A DNA stretch of 64,000 nucleotides, taken from the NCBI GenBank assembly GCA_001938485.1, contig MQRK01244263.1, positions 1-64,000 of the forward strand, in the 5' to 3' direction. Numbering within the stretch: the first letter of the stretch is position 1; each line of letters starts with the position of its first letter. The position numbers and the translations under genes were made by a program. The notes below the pieces were generated by a model, which did not search any database, had not been told where the DNA came from, and was given only the letters and a program-made list of their open reading frames with translations. This stretch comes from Girardia tigrina. Taxonomy: Eukaryota. Shown here one piece after another: positions 27,600 to 39,360 of the stretch.

Positions 27600-28520
27600 A
27601 ATTCTCATACTCAGTTTGAAATAATGAATACAAACCGAGAAATAACTATTCAAAAGTTGCAAAGTGCGAGTAATACCACGAAGAAGGACACATAAGAAGA
27701 AAATATCCGAATATAAAGTGTTCTTATTAGAACAGAAATGGATATCAGGACACGATTCTACATGAAAAAGATTTAAAGAGACCAAGACATCAGAAAAAAA
27801 TGAATGGAAAAGAACAATTAACCCACGAAATCAACAGAGACCTCAAAATCGAAGATATCATATTGTAGAAATGCATGATGGCAACGATTACAACGAATAC
27901 GAAAAAACACGTTCAAATGAAGGAAACTCGAGGCAAAGAATGTTTACAGATAACAGACAAGTATACAACAAAGACTAGGGAAACGAGGATGCACGATCAC
28001 AAGGAGAGGTGATCAGTGTGCTTCATTAAAAAGTAAAAATGTTTGTGTATGTTGTGGTATATATGACTGTATGTAAGATACCTCTCTCGAAGATTGTGAA
28101 TTAGATTGTTGGAAAGAAGAATTTGACACGGACTGTTTTGATAAGGAGATAAAGATAAAATCGAAAAAGTTGAAACAGGAAGAAATGTTGGCAATATCAA
28201 AGCTTAATATTAGAAATAAAAAATTGAATGGAAGACCAAGCATTGAATTTAATACAAAGGATATGAATGTTGAATGTCTTTTGGATACCGCTGCGAAAGT
28301 AAATATTGTTAAAGCAGATATACTTAGAAGTATGAAAGATGTTCAGATAAAAAGATGAGTAAACGCATTCATTGTGAAAATGATTCAGAACTTGTAAATT
28401 ATGGAATTGTTAAATTAAAAGTAATAATTAAAGGAGTAGTCAAAGAACTCAATCCAAAAATAATAGCAGGAGTTTAACTTTTAGACAAATTTGGAATAAA
28501 ACTTGTGAGGGATAATTTGG
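27600..28520 (+). pseudogene. Ty3/gypsy gag C-terminus and protease remnant
   Basis: R/N/Q-rich gag tail, NVCVCCG knuckle remnant, NGRPSIEF...ECLLDTAAKVNIV protease motif. Confidence 0.8.
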
Positions 28521-28816
28521 AATGTTGTAAGTTTGTTGTTTGTATGCTGTTTTGATTTGTGACTCTCCTACTCAGATGGGATTGATATGTTTATTGTTTT
28601 ATTATTTGAATCTAATGATATTAATTTTAAGTACTAATTAATTAAAGTTTTATAATTATGAATTTTAATAATATTTTTAGTAAACGATTTTAACTTATTA
28701 AATTTAATATATTTTAAAAATGTTCGTATAACAAATTACGTAATGCTTTTTCATCCAATAAAATTTAAGAAATTCAAAATTAATATTAAAAACTTTCCCA
28801 TTCATTGTTCTTTTAG

Positions 28817-28921
28817 ATTTGAATACTTAAACAAAAACTATATCAATCAAAGAAGGATGAACTCTGAAAATTGTTGTGAAGAATCTGTTTGTGTTGTCAA
28901 TAAATGTCTACATTCAAATTG
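28817..28921 (+). pseudogene. Cys-rich exon fragment (NKCLHSNC family) between gypsy protease and RT
   Basis: TTTTAG acceptor, then FEYLNKNYINQRRMNSENCCEESVCVVNKCLHSNC; homologous to 18241-18392. Confidence 0.5.
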
Positions 28922-29400
28922 TGATGTTATTAATAAAACTAAAGAAGAAAACTAATGATTCAGGTAAGATATTGATGATTATAAATAGTCCTACGGATGA
29001 TGACTGACTAAAGAGAATTAAAGAAATATATAACACCAAAGTTGACAACCAACTAATGAGACTATAAACAAAATACAAATCCATATTCATGGCTGACATG
29101 TTGGATGTTGGGAAATTTTCCACGACGAGACACAAAATAGAAACTCTCGGAGAACCAGTCTTAGTGAAGCCTTATCAACAGCCACATTTTGAAGAGAAAC
29201 TAGATGATGTCTTTAGAAATTTTAAAGAAAACGGTATAATTGAAAAGTGTAGTTCTCCATGAAACTTTGCACTGGTGTGTGTATGAAAAAAAAGAGAAAG
29301 AAGACATTCGAGTATGTGTCGATTTTTGACAGTTGAATAAAATTACGGTAAGACCGGCATTTCCTATACCAAATGTGGATGTCATGTTAAACACGTTTTG
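28922..29400 (+). pseudogene. Ty3/gypsy reverse transcriptase N-terminal remnant
   Basis: HKIETLGEPVLVKPYQQP, ENGIIEKCSSP*NFALVCV*KKE, IRVCVDF*QLNKITVRPAFPIPNVDVML; truncated near 29400. Confidence 0.9.
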
Positions 29401-29407
29401 AATGAAG

Positions 29408-32113
29408 TGTTACGATCGACCTTTACGTTGTTACTAGTAATGTTGTTACAATTGACGAATATCTCACCCCAGACCCCTTCCGTCCATTACACCACCCCGT
29501 GAGTACAAAATTGTCGTGAAATTTTGGAATAGTCAAACTTGACTATTCCCGTTACGTTTAAGTGTACCCTGTGCGTCAACGAAGTGGCGAAGTCCGGGGA
29601 GATCTATGAGCGCGCCTTGAGAGTGGTTGTGAGCCTGAAGTTGATGGGAGAGCGTTGCGAGACTTTTTAGAGACCCTTGGAGAAACCTATAAAACCGGAA
29701 TAAAATCAATTAATTAGTAAAATTAATTACCGATCATGAATCATGGTGATTCAACATCATCCGAGATTACAAACATCGGTTGTGTAAACAGCGATTACCC
29801 CCCTCCAGTAAAAAAGTGAGGACTCCGTACCAGTCTGCAAGATGACATCTATGTCCTGTAAATGAAGAATAAGCAACTAAAACTGACATATTAGAATTAA
29901 AGGAATTACCGATAATCATCTTTACGCACTTGGCTGTGCGATTGCCGTAAAGGATTCGTCGACCAGATGACCGTTGGATAAATAAGCTACATAAAATAAA
30001 TATTTTCAAGATATCCGCGAATCGCGGATGTTGCAGACGACGACATCCCGACATGTGGAGATAAGGTAAACATGCGACTAAGCGCAACCATTCTTTCCTT
30101 GCATCCGGCCTCGAGTAATCAAAATTTACAAATTGACAAGATATCGAGTGTGTAGCAGAATGACAGGTTGTTTCGCACCGGTCAGAACACTTTAAACACT
30201 CGTTTATTATTATTATTCACGCACAAAATTTGTACAGACTTCATTACCTTTATCATTTATTCCGCACGATATTATACCGATTTTACTGACTTAATTCGTC
30301 TCAACTGATTTTACCGATTCAACGATTTTGTTTTGGCGATTCATTGTTTTGGGAATACGACAGTTCTTTTGAAAGATCGAAATATTTTAGTTTTTACTGA
30401 AAGGTATGGATGAGTTACTACTTTGTTTGTTTATTTATGAATTTTAATTTCCTTAATATTATATGATAATTGGTGTTTACAATGTGTGTGAATTAATACA
30501 TTTTTATTTTACTCCTAATTTATTTCTAGCTTATCATTTTTATTTAATTTTTAAAATGCTCATGGTGTCACGAGCGGGAGGGGATGCGTATAATCGTAAC
30601 TTCCGCTACCATTCAAGAATAAGGGGATTAACTGAGGAGAGATAGTCGGGAAGGAAAGACTGGAGTGTGAGGATCCTGTGGATCGACGAAAAGATAAGGA
30701 GTGAAGACGCCGAGTGGTGGGGTCCAGAAGTTTATCGGTTTTAGAGAAAGTTCAAAGTAATCGCCAACATGAACATGGTAGTAGAGGACGGAAGGCTTGT
30801 AAAGATAGAATCATGAAAATTAAAATTATTAAAGGTTCAACTGTATATAAAAGATTGTATGGGTGACAATGAAAGCCCGAGACTACGGCTAATGCTCTTT
30901 ACCACTCCTCTTCACGTAGTGACACGACGAGTTGAATCCCAATATGTAATTTTATTTTATAACTTTTATTGTAATCTTTAGGAAATTTTATTATAAAAGT
31001 TTTATTATGGTTTGGAGTTTCATAATAATAGATTTTATTATAATAGTATTTATGGTGTAAATATCAACGATAAATTGGATATTCGTATGGAACTCCCTAT
31101 AATAATATTTATGATATGTAAATATTTGTAATTGATATTAGGAGCAATGACTTATAATTGATTTAATTTAACTGTTTACTTGATTATTTACTCGATTCAA
31201 TTAAAGGTAAAAATTTTATTTGAAATTATTAACCTTGACTAACTTAATTAGCTAAAATTCTTTATATTTTATTTAATGAATTCAAAGATTAAATTTCTTT
31301 TATTTTATGATTACAACTCATGATTGAGGAATTTAATTTGGCTGTTGTAAGTTTGGTAATTAAAGTTTAAAAGGTTTCGTAATTTCGCTTTCATATTGAT
31401 TTTAATATAAATTTGGAATTTATAATTTTAGTAATTTCCCTTAATTATTTTTTATTGATTTTGCTCTCGTAAGTAATTACGACAAATTATTGATTTTGAG
31501 ATCGGTTACTTGGGGTAGGTCCCGAACTTATTGTCACGACCCACTTGTTCGTAGCAATTTTGAACGCTCAGAGCCCCCAGTGACTATTAAGGGTCAGTCA
31601 CAACCCGATTTCGGTTTATGTTACCTATATGCTAATTTTTAATACTCATCGATGCACTATATCTATTTGTGGGTCGGACGCCTCTTCTCGCTCGACATCT
31701 GCCTAACAGTGCCGAGTCTGAAGGGCCTGCGGGTTTGGGTAAAGATAGGATGGGCTATGGGCCCCCCTAGCGGAGTGTCGCTCTGGGATGATTTATGTTT
31801 TGGTTGTGTGTAGTATGAGACTTACGGCAATGTTGTGTCCGCGTGTGAACTTAATGCATCTGTTATGTTTTATTAACTTTTGGCATTGTGTATGTCATTA
31901 TGCAACTGAAAGGAACATTGTATTAGCGTACATCATATAGGGAGTTATCATTAATTATTGTTATTCGTCATTATATTATTAGAAGATCGATAATCAACAG
32001 CAGCTTCAGCTAACTTTACTCTAAGCCTACCGTTTCTATCAGTCAGTTTATATACTCGACCCAATATATTACGAGTCTGTAAGTTGCTCAATTCATGAAC
32101 TTCTTATAGTATA
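29408..32113 (+). mobile_element. Long LTR-like segment with decayed accessory ORFs
   Basis: Begins TGTTACG where the RT breaks; TATA-like CCTATAAAA near 29686; GTATGG...TTCTAG intron about 30404-30529; ORF 30557-30815 with two stops; ORF 31652-31813. Right end not identified. Confidence 0.45.
31652..31813 (+). CDS. Small accessory ORF (GR[LI]FS...SLKG family), function unknown
   Basis: MHYIYLWVGRLFSLDICLTVPSLKGLRVWVKIGWAMGPPSGVSLWDDLCFGCV*; aligns to exon 34784-34902. Confidence 0.4.
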   Translation: MHYIYLWVGRLFSLDICLTVPSLKGLRVWVKIGWAMGPPSGVSLWDDLCFGCV

Positions 32114-32115
32114 TA

Positions 32116-33397
32116 TTAGGGTGAGTCATAAGTTGTGGGGCACTTTTTATTAAAAATTAAAATGTTCATAAAACAACGCACAATAAAGATTATGATTCGA
32201 AATAAAGTCCATTATGTTCAATACATNNNNNNNNNNNNNNNNNNNNNNNNNNNNNNNNNNNNNNNNNNNNNNNNNNNNNNNNNNNNNNNNNNNNNNNNNN
32301 NNNNNNNNNNNNNNNNNNNNNNNNNNNNNNNNNNNNNNNNNNNNNNNNNNNNNNNNNNNNNNNNNNNNNNNNNNNNNNNNNNNNNNNNNNNNNNNNNNNN
32401 NNNNNNNNNNNNNNNNNNNNNNNNNNNNNNNNNNNNNNNNNNNNNNNNNNNNNNNNNNNNNNNNNNNNNNNNNNNNNNNNNNNNNNNNNNNNNNNNNNNN
32501 NNNNNNNNNNNNNNNNNNNNNNNNNNNNNNNNNNNNNNNNNNNNNNNNNNNNNNNNNNNNNNNNNNNNNNNNNNNNNNNNNNNNNNNNNNNNNNNNNNNN
32601 NNNNNNNNNNNNNNNNNNNNNNNNNNNNNNNNNNNNNNNNNNNNNNNNNNNNNNNNNNNNNNNNNNNNNNNNNNNNNNNNNNNNNNNNNNNNNNNNNNNN
32701 NNNNNNNNNNNNNNNNNNNNNNNNNNNNNNNNNNNNNNNNNNNNNNNNNNNNNNNNNNNNNNNNNNNNNNNNNNNNNNNNNNNNNNNNNNNNNNNNNNNN
32801 NNNNNNNNNNNNNNNNNNNNNNNNNNNNNNNNNNNNNNNNNNNNNNNNNNNNNNNNNNNNNNNNNNNNNNNNNNNNNNNNNNNNNNNNNNNNNNNNNNNN
32901 NNNNNNNNNNNNNNNNNNNNNNNNNNNNNNNNNNNNNNNNNNNNNNNNNNNNNNNNNNNNNNNNNNNNNNNNNNNNNNNNNNNNNNNNNNNNNNNNNNNN
33001 NNNNNNNNNNNNNNNNNNNNNNNNNNNNNNNNNNNNNNNNNNNNNNNNNNNNNNNNNNNNNNNNNNNNNNNNNNNNNNNCCATCTTGCTGCCGAAGATTT
33101 GGAGACAAAGCCCTCCCCTTCAACTTGGGAAATTTCCTTTACGGCAGCCCTTGAACTCAGACATTTTTTCCAGAAAAATTTCAAAAGTACTCTAATTTAA
33201 AATTTTTCCATAATTTTCTAAAATGTTTAAAAAATTAGAATGAACATAAAATCATGATTTTCTTACAAATACTGAAACTCCAGTTTATGAGCTTTATTAC
33301 GATATACAAATTCAATTAATATCGATTCGACAATTCATGTTGTAATTAAAGATAATTACTTTGGAAAGAGTGCCCCACGACTTATGACTCACACTAA
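32116..33397 (-). mobile_element. Mariner element (centre in gap)
   Basis: TIRs TTAGGGTGAGTCATAAGTTGTGGGGCACT and reverse complement TTAGTGTGAGTCATAAGTCGTGGGGCACT with TA TSDs; N-terminal HTH IRVLLKFFWKKCLSSRAAVKEISQVEGEGFVSKSSAARW. Confidence 0.9.
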
Positions 33398-33855
33398 TAT
33401 TCAGGCCTAGTTATTAAAATTCGTATCTATTTCAAAATAATAAAAGTCACAATAAAATAAACTAATATCACATAAAACCAAATTGACGCTGCGCATTTTA
33501 CATAATTACTTATCAGAAAATTATCGCAAGAAAAATAATCGCTTTTTCTTTTTTAATTCTAAACTATAAATTTAAGACAATTCGTTAATGCTTTAATTTC
33601 TATATTCTATTTTCAACTAATTGTTTGATAATTCTAATTCGAAATTCTTATAAAATTCACGGAATAAAAATGGTTGAGTATTACCTATAATTTACTCAAT
33701 TATAAAGATAATAAAAAAATTTAAAATCATCAAAATTTTCTGTAGCAAAATCTTTTTCTTACAAAAGAAAACTATTCAAGTTAATAATTAATATAGAACC
33801 ATAAAACTCGAATAAAAAAAATTATATTTGTTTTATTATATCAATTGGATTTATT

Positions 33856-35600
33856 TGTTACGTCGGAGAAACAAATCCGATAGTAATCTAATGATCACCC
33901 GGCGTAAACCGGCATTATCGGAGGTTAGCGCGTTCGATAGGAACGCACTAATGATCCCACCCCGTCGATGCACGGGCCGGTGTAGTGACCGTCCTCAAAT
34001 TCATACTCTGGTATCGACCTTATGTCGATGATTATGGGAAGCAGTGACTCCCCGTCGCTCTCTTGCGAAGCATCTAACAATAATGAAGCTTGGGACATCG
34101 AGAGGACAACGACGGGGACGACGGTCGCTCAACTACGAGTTCTAAAAGGTAAATTATATCGCAAAATCTATTTATAATCAACTCGTTTATTCTTGTTTGT
34201 CATTATAACGATATATAAAACTAAATACAAGTTATTCCGAATTAAAGTCGATACAACGTATACATATATTTAAATAATAATAAATAAACAAAATTACGCT
34301 TAAAATTTTCTATTATCGTAATCGGCTTTCCGGAGGACGTCGGGATTGTTAGCTTTTAGAATCGTTTTAAAATTATTTATTTTTTCTGCTTGTTGTTATT
34401 GTTGTCTTTGATTATGCTGTATATTGCGGTGCGTTAATTCTGATAAACGCTTGTTTTTGTTGTCGTCTTGTGTCTCAAAACTGTTTATTTTATAGTTGCA
34501 GGACGACACACTGGCTCCGGACTCCGCCAATAGCTGAACCGGTCTGGTTTTTTCAGATCCTCAATTGGATGGCTGGGTATGTGTGTCTTTTAAACTTTTT
34601 GAAATTTTTAACATTTTTATTATAGAATCCACTGCCCGTGTGCTGACCTACATACGCATGTCACGAATCGGTGTGCGGTCAAGTAAGGACAGCGCTTCTA
34701 TTTTTAGATCCGAGGGTTGATTCAGCGTAAGTTTTTTAATTAGTCTTTGTTTTTAATTAATATTTCTTTGTTTTTTTTCTCAGGGCGTATCTTCTCTCCG
34801 GGAATCGCTATGAACCTGCGGGCGGCCCATAAGGTTTTGTCGCGTCGAGACCTTTCGCTGAAGGGTCGGTTGGCCTTCTAGGTCCACCGGATTGTCCTTG
34901 AGGTGATTATATTATTTTGTCTGGTTTCTTAATTATTATATATATTTTTTAAGGGTGATCTCATCCTTCCTCAAGGCCTCGAGGCTCTCAATTCCTTTCA
35001 CGAACTTATGATAATGACGTTTGACCATGATTTATTTGTGTTTGTTTTATATGTATTTATTGATTTATATTCGTTTTATATTTGTAATATATGTATGTTA
35101 TGAAACCGTGTTCGTTTTGCTCTAAGTGTTACAACTTTTGGACCGCAACATTATCTTAGTGTTGGAGTTGATTTAAAGTCTTCCGAATTTTAATATTATT
35201 TTAAAAGAGAAAAAGTCGTTGCCCTAATAACTATGATAAACCTATATAAACATACGAGTAACGGCCCTCTTTAGGACTATGATGTGTGATTATAAAATCG
35301 AGGCTACTTGTGACTACTTATGTGAATAAATTATAAATAACCAATCCAAAGATGGTATTAATCTCAATATATCAGCTCGTACCCCTCCAGACGCTGAAGT
35401 TACCGACCTGATGTCGGTTCGAGGACCCGATGGCGCTCCAAAGTGCATACTGTCAGCAGATATGCATGGAGGGGACGCGTCCGTTCCCCTTGTTGCAGTA
35501 AATGTGTTAACGAGAGATCCATGGGTTGTCGATTTCCAGAAAAAAAACAGCTAGGGGATCAGGGCCAACAAAAATATTGTTGAGAGAAGGGGACGCGACA
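33856..35600 (+). mobile_element. LTR-like segment containing a multi-exon spliced cassette
   Basis: Termini TGTTACGTC...GACGCGACA (7/9 inverted), flanks TATT and AATT; GC-rich exons 34496-34576, 34626-34726, 34784-34902 and 34954 onward, separated by AT-rich GT-AG introns of 49, 57 and 51 nt. Confidence 0.55.
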
Positions 35601-36159
35601 AATTGTTTAATTCAATTATTAACTTTTGTAATAGCTAACTGTTGATTTTAGTGGTATTATAATCCGATTATACTCTTTGAGTTTGAATCTATTTTTCGGT
35701 AGCCTTATAAGTTAGTGATACCCACGTAAAAATTATAATCATAATTACGTAATGTTTTTCACTTTTTTGTGATATATTATATAAAATATTGATCAAAACA
35801 ATTATTTAAACAAGTTTTAAAATTAAATAAGTTTTAGAAAAGTTGCGAAAAGATGCATTTTTAAAATAAAAAGTTGCAAAAGTGATGAATGCGACAAAAA
35901 ACTTGTTCAGGTAATCAGTTGATATAACACAAATAGACATTGAATTATTGTTCTTATTGTCTAATAATTGGTAGAAATACATTTGAGAAGTTGAGAATCA
36001 AATTGAAAATAAATTTGAATTAAAATTAAAACTGAAAACCCAACAATTTTGAATATCGTAAATCTTTTAAATGCTAAAAATCAATAAACTTTGTTGTTAT
36101 TTAAACACAAAGTTTACATATCAAAATTAATCAATTATTTTGGTTGGTTCAACGAAAAA

Positions 36160-37596
36160 ATATCACATGAAAAAACACCACAGGAAAAACCACAATAATA
36201 TCACATGAAAAAACACCACACTGAAAGAACACCACAAATTTTATTCTTTTTTTTTAAATTTTCGAGTTTTTCTTTTGTTAGGATAAGAGAATCATATATT
36301 TATATTTATATCCATATCTATATTTATACATATAAAGGATCGTAAATAATATTACAAATGCTCCTGAAATATCAATAGAAATATTAAAACTTTGTTTTAA
36401 TATTCAATTATTTTGGTGTCAGATTTAAATAAATTAATAAATTCTTGTTATGTCTGATTCGACTTACATAGCGACCACTCAAAGTGCCGTAAATAACCTG
36501 GTACCGAAAATTTTTGATGGGTGCGGTGATTTAGAAGAGTTCATCACCGACTGCAGACGTAATTTCGAGATCTGCCAATTCAATTATGCGGTCAAAGGAT
36601 TAATGGTCAAGGCCTTTATCGGGAGGGATTTACTCGTCACATACGAGGCCGTTGATCCGAAGATAGTCTATTTCGCGGAGTAACTAAAACGAGTGTTTCA
36701 AAAATCGACTTCATTAATTCAGGATCTCCAAGATTTGATGAATTACCGGAAAGGATCGGATATCGCACCGGCATTTTTCAAGAAGGTGGAAAAGATGGTG
36801 GAAAAAATATTAATCACAAAAATATTAAGCACAAGTAGAACAAGCAAGAACTTATGTCTTACTTCTTGACACATTGCGTCAAGAATATAGAAACGAATAC
36901 GCAGATCATGATTCATGAGGCGAAATCACCAGAAGCGATTAAATCTGTAATTGAGAAAATGGAGAACATCAGAGCGGAGGTGGAAAATAGTGAAGTTGCC
37001 GTTATCAGTAAACACAAAAAATTGCTAATGTGTTGAAAGACCGTTCTCAATTCTCGGTCCGATCGAACATCAGGGGCCAAGCGAACAATTAAACAAGAGA
37101 CCGACAGAGATTTGCAACAACTCCAAAATTTTCTCCAAATCAGACTCGAGAAACGGAAAGTAATTCTCGTATTTGTTATAATTGTAGAAAAAAGGCACAC
37201 ATTCGACGCGAATGCCTGGAAATAAACAAAATATGTTATGAATGTCGGGGTGCCGGACATATCCGGAGAGATTATCCATATACAAAGTTCAGTTTGTAAT
37301 AATCATGGACATTTGAGATACCAGTGCTTTCAGAGGTCGACCACATACAGCCCACGCTGGAATCAAGGACCAAGTCGATACAAACCCCAGGACCGATACA
37401 GACAAGAAGTCGCTGGTTTAGATGACAATCAGGAATCCAGATCGGTTGGATCGGTGACAGACGGGTCACTAAAATCGGAGGCCCTACCAGTTTAGGAGAT
37501 GGTGGGAGCCATAAACAGTAGTAATGTGTTTTCTTTCATCACTCTCCTCAAAACATTTGCTCAGGCTTCCTGTGGACATGAATCATGGGAGTGAAG
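36160..37596 (+). pseudogene. Ty3/gypsy 5' leader and gag pseudogene
   Basis: TGGTGTCAGA (PBS-like, 36414) precedes ATG 36450; gag NLVPKIFDG..DLEEFITDCRR..F...SLIQDL...YRKGSD; knuckles CYNCRKKAH and CNNHGHLRYQC; stops and frameshifts. Confidence 0.88.
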
Positions 37597-37929
37597 TGAT
37601 ACGTTACCAGTAATATTTCCATCTACAGTACTCCATCTAAAACGTCATTACGTCATATCAATAAAATTTTATCATTTATGTAAAAATTTATTAAAATATA
37701 ATTACATTAATGTTTAAGAAACCAAGACAATGCAAAGCCTAATAATATTTTATTAGAAAGATACAGACCGATTAACGTTAGTTAATATTATATGGGTCCT
37801 CATTTTGCATTAATACTAGTGTTGCGGTTGGAACTTAATAATATATCCAAGTATATAACATAAAAGGAAAACAATTGAGAATAAATACATATATTAAAAG
37901 TTATTACAAAAAGAATATGACGAAATGTC

Positions 37930-38500
37930 ATGATCTATGGCTCGGGCTCATGTCGGTAGTATCTTTGGTCTTCCTGCGGTCCAGCGGGACGTCGTTAACA
38001 TTTTCCAGATCCTAAACATCACGCAAATGAGCAAAATATACAAAGTCGCGTCAAGACTCACCTGATGAAAGAAATTGATCAACCGGATCTCTCCACAAAG
38101 CTCTTGTTGAGAACTCCGTGCAGATACCTTGTTCGTCCAATTCCTGATATCGAGAGCCAAGTTATTAACCCTTGAAAGATACGACAAATTAATTAAAATT
38201 ACCAAAATTAATTAAAAACTTACATGAGTAAACGACAATTTCAGAGAAAAACATCACGCAATTATTCATAGTGGATAATCCGTGATTCACAAGGCACATG
38301 ACGATAGCAACCTGTAAAAGCGCAGTCATAGAGTTAATACAAAAATTCAGAAACTTACTTCAGACACACGAACACACCACACGCTTTAGCAAATTGAAAC
38401 GAAGGATCGTCATTAGAGACCAATCAGGAACGACCACGACGACATTACACACTGCATCCAGAAATAACGACATTATATATACACCGATCTAACCAACATA
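37930..38500 (-). pseudogene. Second multi-exon spliced cassette, downstream of the minus-strand gag
   Basis: Introns 38358-38312 (47 nt, GTAAGT..ACAG), 38223-38171 (53 nt, GTAAGT..CAAG) and 38061-38012 (50 nt, GTGAGT..TTAG); the last two exons join as VNNLALDIRNWTNKV...FFHQ|DLENVNDVPLDRRKTKDTTDMSPSHRS*. Confidence 0.6.
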
Positions 38501-38866
38501 ACTGAGAACAATTGAACAACAATAATTTGAGAACCCTTTTAGAAACAAGAATTCGAACAAATTTTCAAGAGCAACTTGGAACAGACTCTGCAAACAAGAT
38601 TAACAATCGGAACCGGAATTCACGAATAGAATCATCATAACCAAACTACACGATATTGCCGAGAGACATCTTCCATTTGAATAATCTGTAGAATTGCGAG
38701 TGACCAGCGATAAACATTCCTCCGGATCCAGTTTTTCATTGCAGTTAAAGAAGTTACGTGCAACGTATTTTATAATGTAAATTTTCGACGTTTTTATAAT
38801 TTGAATATATTTATTTCATACCCATTTTTGTTTTTCGTATATCTTCATTTAATAATTAATTTAAAT

Positions 38867-39360
38867 TTATAATTTTATAGTTTCATTGAGGTCTTGAATT
38901 AACGACGTCGGACGTTTGAACGCCTTCTGCAATCTGTCAGAGAAATCTGAGATTTTTAAATCCACCGATTCGTAAGCCTTGACCATTGTCGCTTGGATGG
39001 CTTCATTGATCTGGGTGACTTCAAAAAATCTTCGACATTCGGATATAAAATCTTCAATATCCTGCGATCCATCGTAACTTTTTGGAGTCAAATTACCTAT
39101 AACACTGGCCGTGGTCGCCATGTAAGAATTTTCCATCAATAATTAATAAGTCGAAATAAAATGCAAAATTTATTCTTATTTAAAAAATGTGCGTTTTTTG
39201 TTTATTTAAACAAAAACCATCAAGAGCCTTAATTCAGAATATTTTGGATCCATTATTATAATATTGTAAATGTTATCTTAGTATAGTAAAAATAATATAG
39301 ATATTTATCCTTACATACTATAAATATAGTGTTGTTTTTTCATGTGATGTTTTTTTCTGG
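38867..39360 (-). pseudogene. Truncated Ty3/gypsy gag with leader
   Basis: MENSYMATTASVIGNLTPKSYDGSQDIEDFISECRRFFE...TSLIQDL is a clear paralogue of the 36450 gag; shares the upstream ATCACATGAAAAAACA motif. Confidence 0.88.

Noticed and set aside
30566-31540. TGTCACGA at about 30566 and 31532 as separate LTR starts
   Set aside because: No matching ...CA ends with TSDs were found; the first lies within the 30557 ORF.
18238-33200. Long 300-400 aa ORFs in the track at 18.2-19.5 kb and 32.1-33.2 kb, and X-filled ORFs at 22.0-22.3 kb
   Set aside because: They run through N gaps; only the flanking transposase fragments are real.
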